A stretch of 64,000 bases of DNA from Octopus vulgaris (Eukaryota), in the NCBI GenBank assembly GCA_951406725.2, contig OX597820.1, positions 94,798,001 through 94,862,000 on the forward strand, given 5' to 3'. The translations under genes and the position numbers were made by a program. The notes under the pieces are model-generated. The model searched no databases and had not been told where the DNA came from. It worked only from the letters and a program-made list of their open reading frames with translations. This document shows positions 25,651-36,691 of the stretch, piece after piece (positions within the stretch are counted from its first letter, which is position 1; every line of letters starts with the position of its first letter).

Positions 25651-27059
25651 TTACGTGACAATACAACAATCGACGAACAAAATGCAAACACTTTCACAAA
25701 CTTCAAGAGACAAAATTAAGTTTCGCCGAATTCAGCATCACCATAATCATCCACCCGAGATACAGTAGTACTGCTAGTAAAATAATCGTTGACTTCTCTA
25801 AAAGAAAACGTATCTCACAAGGCAAAATTTTAAAAAAAGATTAAGTTTCACAAAGACATCTGAAGAAACCACTCTGATAAACACAAGAAGCAATTAATTA
25901 CAGGGATCTTTTACAACTAGTAGTAACTCTTAGTATCACAAGACTACACAAAGAAATGAAAACGAAAAGCACCACCCCCATAAAAATGCAGTAAAATGCG
26001 ATATAAAGTAGTTGACAGAATGAACAATTCTAACAACAGTAACACCCCACTACAAATTTACAATAGTATCTTCAAATAACATCCTCACGAAAGTTATTTG
26101 AAGATGTTATCTAACAAGTATATTTCCAAATCATCTAGAATTTGAAATTTTCTACATGAAATGCCACAAGCATCCACCCTTTCACCTGCTCTTTTTGATT
26201 TATACCTGCACGACCTTTCGCTAAAATTCGCTCGTTGACGAACCAGGACAGACATGTATTACTCGATCCCCATCAGATGTGTGCGGTTTTCCATCTGTAT
26301 TTTGCTCAGCTGTTCGGGCAAAGTTTGTCGATTCCAGATATGACTCCACATAAAGTGCTTACAGCTAGGCTTGCCAAAATTACGCTGTCGTCCAGGTCTA
26401 GTGTTGAATTGCGGGGATTTTGTTGAGCAGTTGTTGTGCATAGGATAGATTCAGTTATCTCCAGTGTCCCTCGTGAGATTTGCCTCATCTTTGACAGGGA
26501 AAAGTAGGCAGCTTTCCTTCATCCTGCAAGTGTGTATCGGTCATTACTAAAAAGACTGAAGTTAGACACCGGCATCGGTCAAGTTCTCAACTACTTCAAG
26601 TTTCAATTAGCAAGGAAGGTGAGAGGGAAGGGCGAGGCTGCTCTCTAATTTGGTGAAAGGTGATTGAGAGTGGCAAACATGACCGGAGTGAATACGTCTA
26701 CCTTCAGTATGCGCCCGTTGGCCGGAGAAGACAGTTGGGTGCGGACTGTTACCTTTCGTAGTCAAGATAATCCTGGATGTTTGAGTATTCTTTAATTGGC
26801 TTCAGACAGTAGTGTCCCAACCCATAGAGAACATTTCTTTGTTGAATTATATTGTTAGCTAGTGTTACTTTCGTACTCGTTGCTTAATCTAGGTTGTTTT
26901 GTATCTCATCTTTGTTTTGTTCCTAACATTTTGGGACCTTTTACTCATCCCTTAGAGCATTGGTCAAATTGTCTTGGGGTGTTTGTTTTGGCTCTTTATG
27001 TTCCGAGTTCAATTTTGGCGGGGAGGTGACAGGATAAAAAAAAGTTTCAACCAAGAAAA

Positions 27060-28432
27060 ATCAGTGGGCCTGCAACTCGGCTCAGGCAGAGGTAGGTCAA
27101 TACTATCCCACAGTGTCGTGGGGCGCTGAACGGACAGACGGACCAGTTAAATTGGTCGGAGTCTGATTTGGTTTTGCTCTCCAAACTGCGAACTGAGACG
27201 AGATGACAAGCAAGGTGGCTAATTTCTTCCAGAAATGGTCCGAAAGAAAGCTATCCCTGAAAGGTCAAGCAGAGGTGGTCAATTTTTACATTGACCCCAT
27301 CTTTTCTCCATCTGACTGTTGATCCTGACCCTAATTGACGTCTAACTGACTGAAGCGCCTGTCTTTCGCTTTCTGTGGAAGGGATGCGTTACTCTAGCCA
27401 GGCGCCCCATTTTTTTGTTTGTTTGTTTTGTTAACACCCGCTGAAGGGAGGACTTGGCAAACCGTGGCTAATTATGCGCAGATATGCACTAAGGCTGCAA
27501 TACCTTCAATAATTCCTTGACGGCGAAATGGGTTTTGCTACGATATAGCTACAACCCTAAGTAAAGCAAATACTAGATCAGGGCGCTTGACATCTGGGAT
27601 GTTAAGCGCTCACAGCCCTCTGCTAGTTGGACAATGCGGTCGGTGGAAGTTCCACCTTAGCGATCTATAATGGCAGATAGTAAGCGACGGTTTTATTGGG
27701 GAAGCGCTGGGCATCTACGAAAATCAAATGGCTGGACTGTTCAGGAGGACTTTCAAGCTTGCACCCATGGGTAATTTCTAGAAATCTCTGGTCTAGCAGT
27801 ACTACTGAGGAGTATTGGTGGAAGTGTTGTTAGTCGAGTTTATCCGAGATGAGCCCAGGGTGACGAAATTGTTCTGCGCGCACTCGTCCAGTGCCCGAGT
27901 TATGTCAAACACCTGTTTCCACATGTAGAACGAATCTAGTTAATCAGCCGAGTCAGTAATGGAGATCGTTCCGCTACTTTCTTTTGGCCAGAAGATACAG
28001 GCACAGGTTGTGCAGTAGACCAGACTGAAAAGGTTGAAGACAGACACCTTCCTCTTTGGCCAAGCCCCCTTCAACTATTTCAAGTTTCACTCGAAAAGGT
28101 AAGTGATAAATTAGAGGGAAGTGCTGCCTTTCAGACAGACAGATGACAGGGCGAGCAGGGTCCAAGTGGACGAGCCCACTCGGAGCATGCACCTGTAGAT
28201 TAAAGGAAGATAAGACAAAAGGCACTTATCTTTGTAGCCAGGGTGACCGTGGATTTGTGGAGTGTCCACGAATAGTGCTCGGACGTCTCCTTCTTTTGGA
28301 GAATTACTCATTCTTTGCAATTTATTATTTCTTTCTTACAGCTCTTTTACATGCTTTTTTATGTCATCCAACATTGTATTGTCCAGTATTGTTCTTAAAT
28401 GTTTGTGAACCATAGGTAGTTAATAAAGAAAA
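27060..28432 (+). mobile_element. L1/Tx1-type LINE 3' fragment, decayed
   Basis: WSERKLSLKGQAEVVNFYI resembles the WxxRxLSLxGR motif. The 3' end with aataaa is homologous to 9140-9500 (minus). Confidence 0.75.
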
Positions 28433-28527
<95 letters not shown>

Positions 28528-28528
<1 letters not shown>

Positions 28529-28925
28529 GGCGGCGAGCTGGCAGAATCGTTAGCACGCCGGGCGAAATGCTTAGCGGTATTTCGTCTGCCATTACGTTGT
28601 CAGTTCAAATTCCGCCGAGGTCGACTTTGCTTTTCATCCTTTCGGGGTCGATTAAATAAGTACCAGTTACGCACTGGGGTCGATGTAATCGACTTAATCC
28701 GTCTGTCTGTCCTTCTTTGTCTCCTCTGTGTTTAGCCCCTTGTGGATAGTAAAGAAATAGGTATTTCGCCCGTCGCTATGTTCTGAGTTCAAATTCCACC
28801 GAGGTCGACTTTCCTTTTCATCCTTTCGGGTTCGATAAATTAAGTACCAGTCGAACATTGGGGGTCGATGTAATCTTACCATCCCCTCCCTCAAAATGGC
28901 TGCCCTTGTGGCAAAATTTGAAACA
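28528..28925 (+). mobile_element. SINE family A, composite form (full unit plus headless second unit) inserted in (ATT)n
   Basis: Full unit to aaagaaatag (28760), then gtatttcg...gttcaaattccaccgaggtcgac...aaatttgaaac. Confidence 0.88.
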
Positions 28926-29236
28926 ATTATTATTATTATCATCATCATCATCATCATTATTATTACTACTAACCCTATCGCCCTACCGATGACTTAGTCA
29001 TTGGCTCAACTGTAACTTAAACTTGATACCATCAGCGTATATTAATCCCCTGTTTAACATCATTAAAAAAAACTCTACTAAAAATATATATATATTTCTT
29101 GTTTTGTTTTTTGTTTTCTGATTTTTTTTTTTTTTTCTCTCGTAACAATACTCGAGTGAGAGGTTTAAACTATCTGAAGCAATCACTAAAGGAATAAAAT
29201 ATGAAATAAAGAAAGGTTTTCTTTTATATTTCTTAC

Positions 29237-29878
29237 CTGTCCACCGTTTTCCTGGCTTCGTCTCTGACGTGGAATCATTACAATTATCTCTTCAGAAGTC
29301 ACATTTTCCAGTTGGTTGTCTAAGAAACGGAACTGACTAATTACAGCTGATTCATGTCCTGCGGCTATGTAATAAACGTAAAGTTTTTTATTACTTTTAA
29401 ACTGCGGGTGGGTTGTCACGGACATCAAACCACGCTCGTCAACCGGTCGCTCTTTATTGTAAGCGACTCTATTAGACAAATCCAAAATTTTCTTCTTCCT
29501 TGGTAACTGACGCTGTAATTCTTCGGATTGATTGGCTGCGCCTGTATTTCCGTATATGTAGTGGTAGATCCGTCCATCCTGCTCTGCTACTAGGAACGAT
29601 TCTCTATCGATTGAAACAAATGCTATAGGTTTCCTTAGTTCACCTGCGTGGATTTCCTTTAAGCAGAGGCACCGATCGTGCTGTAGTTCTTTTAATGAAA
29701 CACCACATACCGCGATCGATTTAGCGAACAAGCTGCTGGATATAATTGTAATAGCAGTGTTAATAATGTTAATAATTGCAACAATAGCAGAAGAGGTAGT
29801 AGTAGCAGCAGCAGTAGTAGTAATAGTAGTAGTAGTGGTAATAGTTGGACTAAAACCACTGACCGATTCAGAAAGCAT
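29237..29878 (-). CDS. HHIPL: HHIP-like protein (Hedgehog-interacting-protein-like, GSDH beta-propeller), coding exon 1
   Basis: ATG at 29878 with an in-frame TAG at 29918-29920 upstream. Thr/Ala-rich then hydrophobic leader. Motifs LCLKEIHAGELRKP, FLVAEQDGRI, DERGLMSVTTHPQFKSNKKLYVYY, ENGGQ. Donor CAG|gtaaga at 29237/29236. Confidence 0.93.
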
Positions 29879-30874
29879 GGTATTTGTTGATGGAATTACA
29901 CAAAATGAGTCAATTTGCTATCTGTGAGATTTGGGGGTAGAGGAAACTTGAAACATACCCTAAATGTGAACCCCTATGATGATAAGCGATCAATATGTCA
30001 ATTATTGATGTGTGTTCTGTGTTCAATAAAATAGCGCTGAACGGCTTTCTATATTTACTCCGTTACCATGACAACAGAATTAGAAGGAATGGTTTGGGGG
30101 GAGGGGCATGGCTGGATGAACAGCACTGGATGGACTCAGTTGAAAAAGGAAAAGATGATAGTTTCAAGCAGACAGTTACTGATGATGTTGGCAAGCCTGT
30201 AACCAGTCCTTAGGCAAACAGATGCTGTTGTTGTTGTCGTCGTCGTCATCGTCATTGTTGTTACTGATTCGCCTTTGGCAAGGTCTTGGTAATTCAGACG
30301 TTGTTGTTTAACCCCTGGTCAACCGCAGTTCAAACAGACACGCTATTTAGCAGAATTTCGATTAAAGAAGTTCCAGCCTTGACCATCACAACTTTTAATC
30401 ACATGTAGTATATCGAGAATAACATTATCCTGCATTTCCTTCCTTCTTTCCTTTTCTTTTTAAAAAACAGCCAAGGTAGTTTGAAACAGATTTGGCTGCT
30501 ATTTCTAACAGCCTGAGACTACCACGCAGAAATACACCTGTTATGTAGCAATTCGTGCGTCATATGCAACGGGAGGTTTCCTCAGATCGTGACCGGCATA
30601 ACATCATATGGAAAACTTGCAACTTTGTTTACAGAAATTGTAAACATAAATAAGCCGTCTTTCTGCATAGGCACACAGGCCAGTTGCCCGGATGCCTCAC
30701 GAATCTAGGGGCCCAATTCTAATTTACGTAAGCTAACTTGTGGCTAATATAAAAAAAAAAACTATAGGGCCCAGTACATTGTATTGCCCACGGGTCTATA
30801 ATGCTATAAAGACACCCGTACGTATACCCATGCATGCATACATACATACATACATACACACACACATATATGTA

Positions 30875-30905
<31 letters not shown>

Positions 30906-31124
30906 CCTTAAATCCTTAAAAATGTTTTAGCCCGAAGGCCGCGGCCATGCTGGGGCACCACCGATATATATATATATAGAAGAAATCGGGATGATAAAGG
31001 AATAAACAGTTACGTCATGAACTCCATTAGCTTACAGATGTTTCTGCTATAGGGCGCAATGCGCTCATATTTGAGTACTTGAGTATATGTGTATGTGAGT
31101 GTATGTATGTGTATATATCTATAC

Positions 31125-31221
31125 CAATATTATATTATATTATATTATATTATATTATATTATACTACATATATATATTATATTATAGACAGACAGGTAG
31201 GTAGGTAGGTAGGTAGGTAGG

Positions 31222-31300
<79 letters not shown>

Positions 31301-31637
31301 GTTATATTATATTATATATATTGTGTGTGTATGTAGTAAAGCTCATATGTCGTCTTTTGTTATGTTCTCCATGGGCCATATGTTTGGTTGAAGCTATCAA
31401 TCAACGAAGTCGATTGAATTCAACGTATACGAAATGCCAACAGACCGGTAATTCGGTAAATCACCAGCTTCCCACTGTGAATGTTTTCTTCACTTGGACA
31501 CAGAACGCAGCCGGTGAAGTAATGTAGATGATGACTGATGAAATGTAGAAATAAATGAAGAAATGAATATACGTCAGGTGAGAAATGGAGAGATACGGAG
31601 ATACAGAGATACATAGCGAGAGAGATAGAGTGGAAAT

Positions 31638-31735
<98 letters not shown>

Positions 31736-31756
31736 GAGAAGTGAACAGATTTACAA

Positions 31757-31821
<65 letters not shown>

Positions 31822-31858
31822 AGGAAGGAAGGAAAGAAGGGTGAGAGAGAAAGTGAGA

Positions 31859-31897
<39 letters not shown>

Positions 31898-31959
31898 GGA
31901 AGCAGAAAGGAATTAAATGCAGGTGGGCGTTTGAATGTTATTATTAAAGTTGATCATTA

Positions 31960-32001
<42 letters not shown>

Positions 32002-32330
32002 CAGAGTTTGTAGTTGTGTTAGTAGTGGTAGAGTTTGTAGTGGTGTTAGTAGTGGTAGTATGGTTTGTGATAATGCTGGTAATGTTGTGGTAAGCGATGC
32101 TTTGGCGCCTGTGTGGTATGGTGGTGCTGATTAGAATGATTATGGTAGTGGTGGTGGTGGTGGTTGTGGTGATGATGGTACTAACGCTGGTTCTTATTAG
32201 TTGTTGTTGTTGTTGTTGTTATTGTGTGAGGGTGGTAGTAGTAGTAGTAGTAGTAGTAATAGTAGTGGTAGTAGTAGTAGTAGTAGTAGGAGTAGTAGGA
32301 GTAGTAGTAGTAGTAGTAGTAGTGGTAGTG

Positions 32331-32377
<47 letters not shown>

Positions 32378-32636
32378 GGTGGTGTCGATGATACTGATGC
32401 TGATTGTTAAAGTTGTTGTTGTTGTTGTTGTGGTGGTGGTGGTGGTGGTGGTGGAGCGGCGGCAGTGATGGTGGTGGTCGTGGTGTATTAAACTATTAGT
32501 AGTGCTTCTTGTAGTTCAGACGATGGATGGAGACGTTGAGGAAGCGAAGTGTCAGAAAAATAATGTCAGTTATCCATCATTATACAAGAGGAATATTGTT
32601 GTTCATTTCACGTGGTATAATTGGAACATCACTTTA

Positions 32637-32672
<36 letters not shown>

Positions 32673-32918
32673 TTGTGTTGTTGTTGTTGTTGTTGTTGTT
32701 GTGGAGGAGGAGGAGGAGGAGGAGGACGGCAACGACGAAGATGATGATGTCGACGACGACAATGATGATGATGATGATGATGATGTCTATGACGATAATG
32801 ATGGTGATGATGATGATAATGATGATGATAATGATGATAATGATGATGATGATGATGATGGTGACGACGACGACGAAGATGGCGACGGCAACGACAACAT
32901 GGTAATGATGATGATAAC

Positions 32919-32975
<57 letters not shown>

Positions 32976-33035
32976 GGTGGTGGTGGTGATGATGATGATA
33001 CAAACTAGGTCGCTGGTTGTTGTTAATGTTGTTTT
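31125..33035. repeat. Compound microsatellite field: (ATATT)n, (AGGT)n, (AGAT)n, (AG)n, (AGT)n, (GGT)n, (GTT)n, (GCT)n, (GGA)n, (GAT)n
   Basis: Directly visible. Produces the poly-amino-acid ORFs in the track. Confidence 0.95.
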
Positions 33036-33081
33036 GTAGAGAAAGGAAGTACTGGCTGTTATTATAATAGAGCCATAACTA

Positions 33082-33295
33082 AGGCGGCGGGTTGGCAGAA
33101 TCGTTAGCACGCTGGACAAAATGCTTGGCGGTATTTCACCCGTCGCTACGTTCTGAGTTCAAATTCCTTCGAGGTCGACTTTGCCTTTCATCCTTTCGGA
33201 GTCGCTAAATTAAGTACTAGTGAAACACCAGGGTCGATGTAATCGACTAGTGCCCTCCCTCAAAATTTCAGGCCTTGTGTTTTTGTTAGAAAATA
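33082..33295 (+). mobile_element. SINE family A (older tail variant)
   Basis: aggcggcgggttggcagaatcgttagcacg...gttcaaattcc...tttgcctttcatcctttcgg. Confidence 0.85.
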
Positions 33296-33350
33296 TTATT
33301 ATAGAATAATGATAAATTTCAGAGCGAGTTATATACAGTAGCAGCAACAC

Positions 33351-33735
33351 ATCGTGACGTATATTTGCCATTTGAATATGGCTAACCCCTAAGGGTGGAT
33401 GCTACTGTAGTTTGTAGCCCCAGGAGGACACCTCCTCCAGCTGGCTATAGACACACTTTCTGTGCCTTATCAGTATTTGTGAAGGGAAGCCGGAACCGAC
33501 TTCTCATCAACAACTATGATTGTCACACGCCGATGACGGGTCAATACCCTGAAACTCGAGTCCGTGTGTATCATAAGTTGAAGACGGGAAGGATGGCTTC
33601 CCTTCGCAAATACTGATAGGGCACAGAAAGTGTGTCTATAGCCAGCTGGAGGAGGTGTCCTCCTGGGGCTACAAACTACAGTAGCATCCACCGTTAGGGG
33701 TTAGCCATATTCAAATGGCAAATATACGTCACGAT
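33351..33735. repeat. 385-bp foldback element: 141-bp inverted arms (3 mismatches) around a 103-bp structured spacer
   Basis: 33351-33491 is the reverse complement of 33595-33735. Confidence 0.95.
33524..33568 (+). ncRNA. Type-I hammerhead-ribozyme-like motif (core variant CCGAUGA)
   Basis: Stem I cacacg/cgtgtg; CCGATGA; stem II gggt-caat-accc; GAAA; palindromic stem III actcgagt; GUC triplet. Confidence 0.65.
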
Positions 33736-33814
33736 ATTATTATAGAGTCATATTTCTCGGGATTTTCTGTCTGTCCGAGTCTCACTCCGATTTTTAAAAG
33801 GTGAAAAAGGTGTA

Positions 33815-33973
33815 CAAGCAAGGTTGTGAACTTAAGAAGCTCGATTTGGAACCACGTGGTTTTGAGTTCAGTCTCAGTGTGCGGCACTATGGGCAACCGT
33901 TTTCTATTATTGCTTCGAGTCACCGATACTTTGTGAGGGAAATTGTTAGACGGAAACTTTATGGTAGCCTGTA

Positions 33974-34026
<53 letters not shown>

Positions 34027-34383
34027 GTGTCTGTGTCAGTTCCCCCTCCTCTTGACAACTGTTATTGGTTTGCTTACATCCCTGTAATTTAGCGGTTCGA
34101 CAAAGGAGACCAATAGAATAAGAACAAGGCTTAAAAAAGACAATAAATGCTAAGGTCAATTCGTTTGATTAAAACTCTTCAAGACCGTGCCCCGACATGG
34201 CCGCAGTCCAGTGACTGAAACAAGCAAAGGACAAAAGAAGTGGCTGTGTGGTAAGAAGCTTGCTTCCCAGCCACGTGGTACCGCGTTCAGTCCCACTGCG
34301 TGGCACCTTGGGCAAGTGTCTTCTACTGTAGCCCCGGGCCTTGTGAGTGGATTTGATAGACGGAAACCGAAAGAAGCCTGTCG

Positions 34384-34416
<33 letters not shown>

Positions 34417-34645
34417 ATGTATATATTTGTATGTATGTATGTATGTATGTATGTATGTATGTATGTATGTATGTATGTCTTTGTGTCTGTAGTATGATGG
34501 TGTGTTTACGTCCGTGTAACCTAGCGGCTCGGCAGAAGAGACCAATAGAATAAGTACCAGGCTTATCAGGGATCGATTTCTTCGACTAAAAGGCTGTGCT
34601 TCAGCATGGCCCCAGCCAAATGACTGAAACAAATAAAAGAATAAA
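33815..34645 (+). mobile_element. Two tandem copies of SINE family B (CORE-like, internal microsatellite)
   Basis: gtggctgtgtggtaag...gttcagtcccactgcgtggcaccttgggcaagtgtc...gacggaaac(c/t)gaaagaagcc-(TA/TG)n-...tgactgaaacaa. Confidence 0.85.
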
Positions 34646-34661
34646 ATAATATATATATATA

Positions 34662-35209
34662 CAGGGTGGGGCAGAGAGAACGAACGTTTTTGAAATGGCT
34701 ATTATTTAGCCCCATGGATAGGGACACATGTCCGACAGGTACCATTCGGTCCGTGGTGTCTTCGCATTTTTGTTTTTCTTTTCAGGTGAACCCATGGCGC
34801 TGTGGACGACAGAGCATTATGTGTTTGACTACGACAGTTACGTGAAGAATAATGAGACTGCCACAGCAGTTCAGCGTGAGTTTCGGCGCCACTTCAACAT
34901 TCACCAAAATCAGGCTGTTCTCACCCATAACACAATCTTACGTTGGGTGCATGCACCTCGTACACGAGGTATGCTTATGAATAGGAGACCAGTGGGGGCA
35001 CCACGAAAGGTACGGACACCGGAAAATGTGAAACGCGTCAGACAAGCTTTCAGAAATGCATCAATGAAAACGGACACCACATGATGGATGTTGATTTTGA
35101 CAAATGCTAATTCAATACATACACATTGATGTCAATAAAATATGTTTGTAGCTAAAATTAATGATTTTGTTAAGTTTTCAAACACGTCCGTTCTCTCTGC
35201 CCCACCCTA
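34662..35209 (+). mobile_element. Tc1/mariner-superfamily deletion derivative with HTH (DUF4817-like) remnant
   Basis: TIRs cagggtggggcagagagaacg / cgttctctctgccccaccct, TA flanks. Peptide YVKNNETATAVQREFRRHFNI...TILRWV...GAPRKVRTPENVKRVRQ. Confidence 0.88.
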
Positions 35210-35213
35210 TATA

Positions 35214-36638
35214 CGAGGGACGTTCAATAAGTAATGCCTCTGACCCACTTGCAGTTGTTTGATCTAGCTGAAATTTTGCATGTGCAATTATTTACATCTC
35301 TATAGATTAAGTGGCAAATTACAGCTCTGAACTAAGTGTGGTTTCTGATTTACAGGTGTTTGAACTGAGTCAAGTGTGAAATGGAGCCTGTTGAGTGTCG
35401 AGCAGTAATCCGGTTTTTGTATTTGAAAGGACACACACCATGGGAGACTTTTGATGAAATGAAAGTAACTTATGGTGATGATGCCCCATCATATGACCTT
35501 GTAAAACGCTGGCATCGTGAATTCAAACATGGTCAAAACTCTGTGGAAACAGCTCCCAGATCTGGTCGCCCCACTTCTGCCATTGATGAGGCATCTTTCC
35601 GTCAAGTTGAGGCTGCCATTTTGGAAGATCGACGCATAACTATTCGCCAAATAGCCCATGAGGTCAAGATTAGTACCGGGTCTATGGAAACTATCATTCA
35701 TGACCATTTGCATATGTAAAAGGTGTCTGCCAGATGGATTCCCAGGTTGCTCACACCTTTCCAGAAGCAAGAACGCGCGACGCATAACTATTCGCCAAAT
35801 AGCCCATGAGGTCAAGATTAGTACCGGGTCTATGGAAACTATCGTTCATGACCATTTGCATATGCAAAAGGTGTCTGCCAGATGGATTCCCAGGTTGCTC
35901 ACACCTTTCCAGAAGCAAGAACACGTTGAGTGCTCGAGGATGAATTTGGAGATGTGCCAAGAAGATGAGTCAAAAGTTTTCAAAAAACTGATTACCCAGG
36001 ATGAAATCTGGCTCCATCACGATGATCCACAGACTAAAGCCCAGTCAATGCAGTGGAAGCACCATGACTCACCTCCTCCAAAGAAGGCAAGGGTGCAGCC
36101 CTCCGCTGGCAAGTCTTCTGGGACCAGGACGGAGTAGTGATGACAGATTTCCTGGAAAAGGGTACCACAATTACAGGAACCTGTTATGCTTCACTTTTGA
36201 GGAAATTAAGAGAAGCTATCAAAATCAAGAGGCGGGGCAAGATCAGCAAAAGCATCCTCCTCCTGCAGGACAACGCTCTGGTCCACAACTTGCGTGTCGC
36301 CAGATCAGAAGTACAGGCGTGCGGCTCTGAACTCTCCCCCTTCCCCCTACTCTCCTGACCTTGCACCCTCTGGTTTTCACCTCTTCCCAGCCATGAAGTT
36401 GTTTTTGAAAGGAAAACGTTTCCCAGATGATGCAGCCTTGATTTCTGAAGTCACGTCGTGGTTGGAGGACCAAGCTGGGGTCTTCTACAAAAACGGTCTC
36501 CAGAGCTGCATCAAACGATGGAAGAAATGCGTAACTCTGGGTGGTTTCTATGTAGAAAAATACTAATAACTGTGCCAAGTTTCGTTGCTCTACTGCTATG
36601 GGAAGTGGGTCAAGGGCATTACTTATTGAACGCCCCTC

Positions 36639-36639
<1 letters not shown>
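35214..36639 (+). mobile_element. Near-full-length mariner element with pseudogenised transposase
   Basis: TIRs cgagggacgttcaataagtaatgcc / ggcattacttattgaacgcccctcg. Motifs WIPRLLT, ITQDEIW, LQDNA, YSPDLAPSGF (third Asp changed to Gly). Stop codon, frameshifts and a 148-bp internal tandem duplication (35630-35777 / 35778-35925). Confidence 0.95.
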
Positions 36640-36689
<50 letters not shown>

Positions 36690-36691
36690 CA

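Noticed and set aside
31841-33119. ORFs with poly-V/S/D/M/H/C runs
   Set aside because: Translations of trinucleotide microsatellites, open in many frames on both strands, with no splice or homology support.
33395-33691. Mirror ORFs MDATVVCSPRRTPPPAG on both strands
   Set aside because: A consequence of the inverted repeat. They have GTG starts and no coding evidence.
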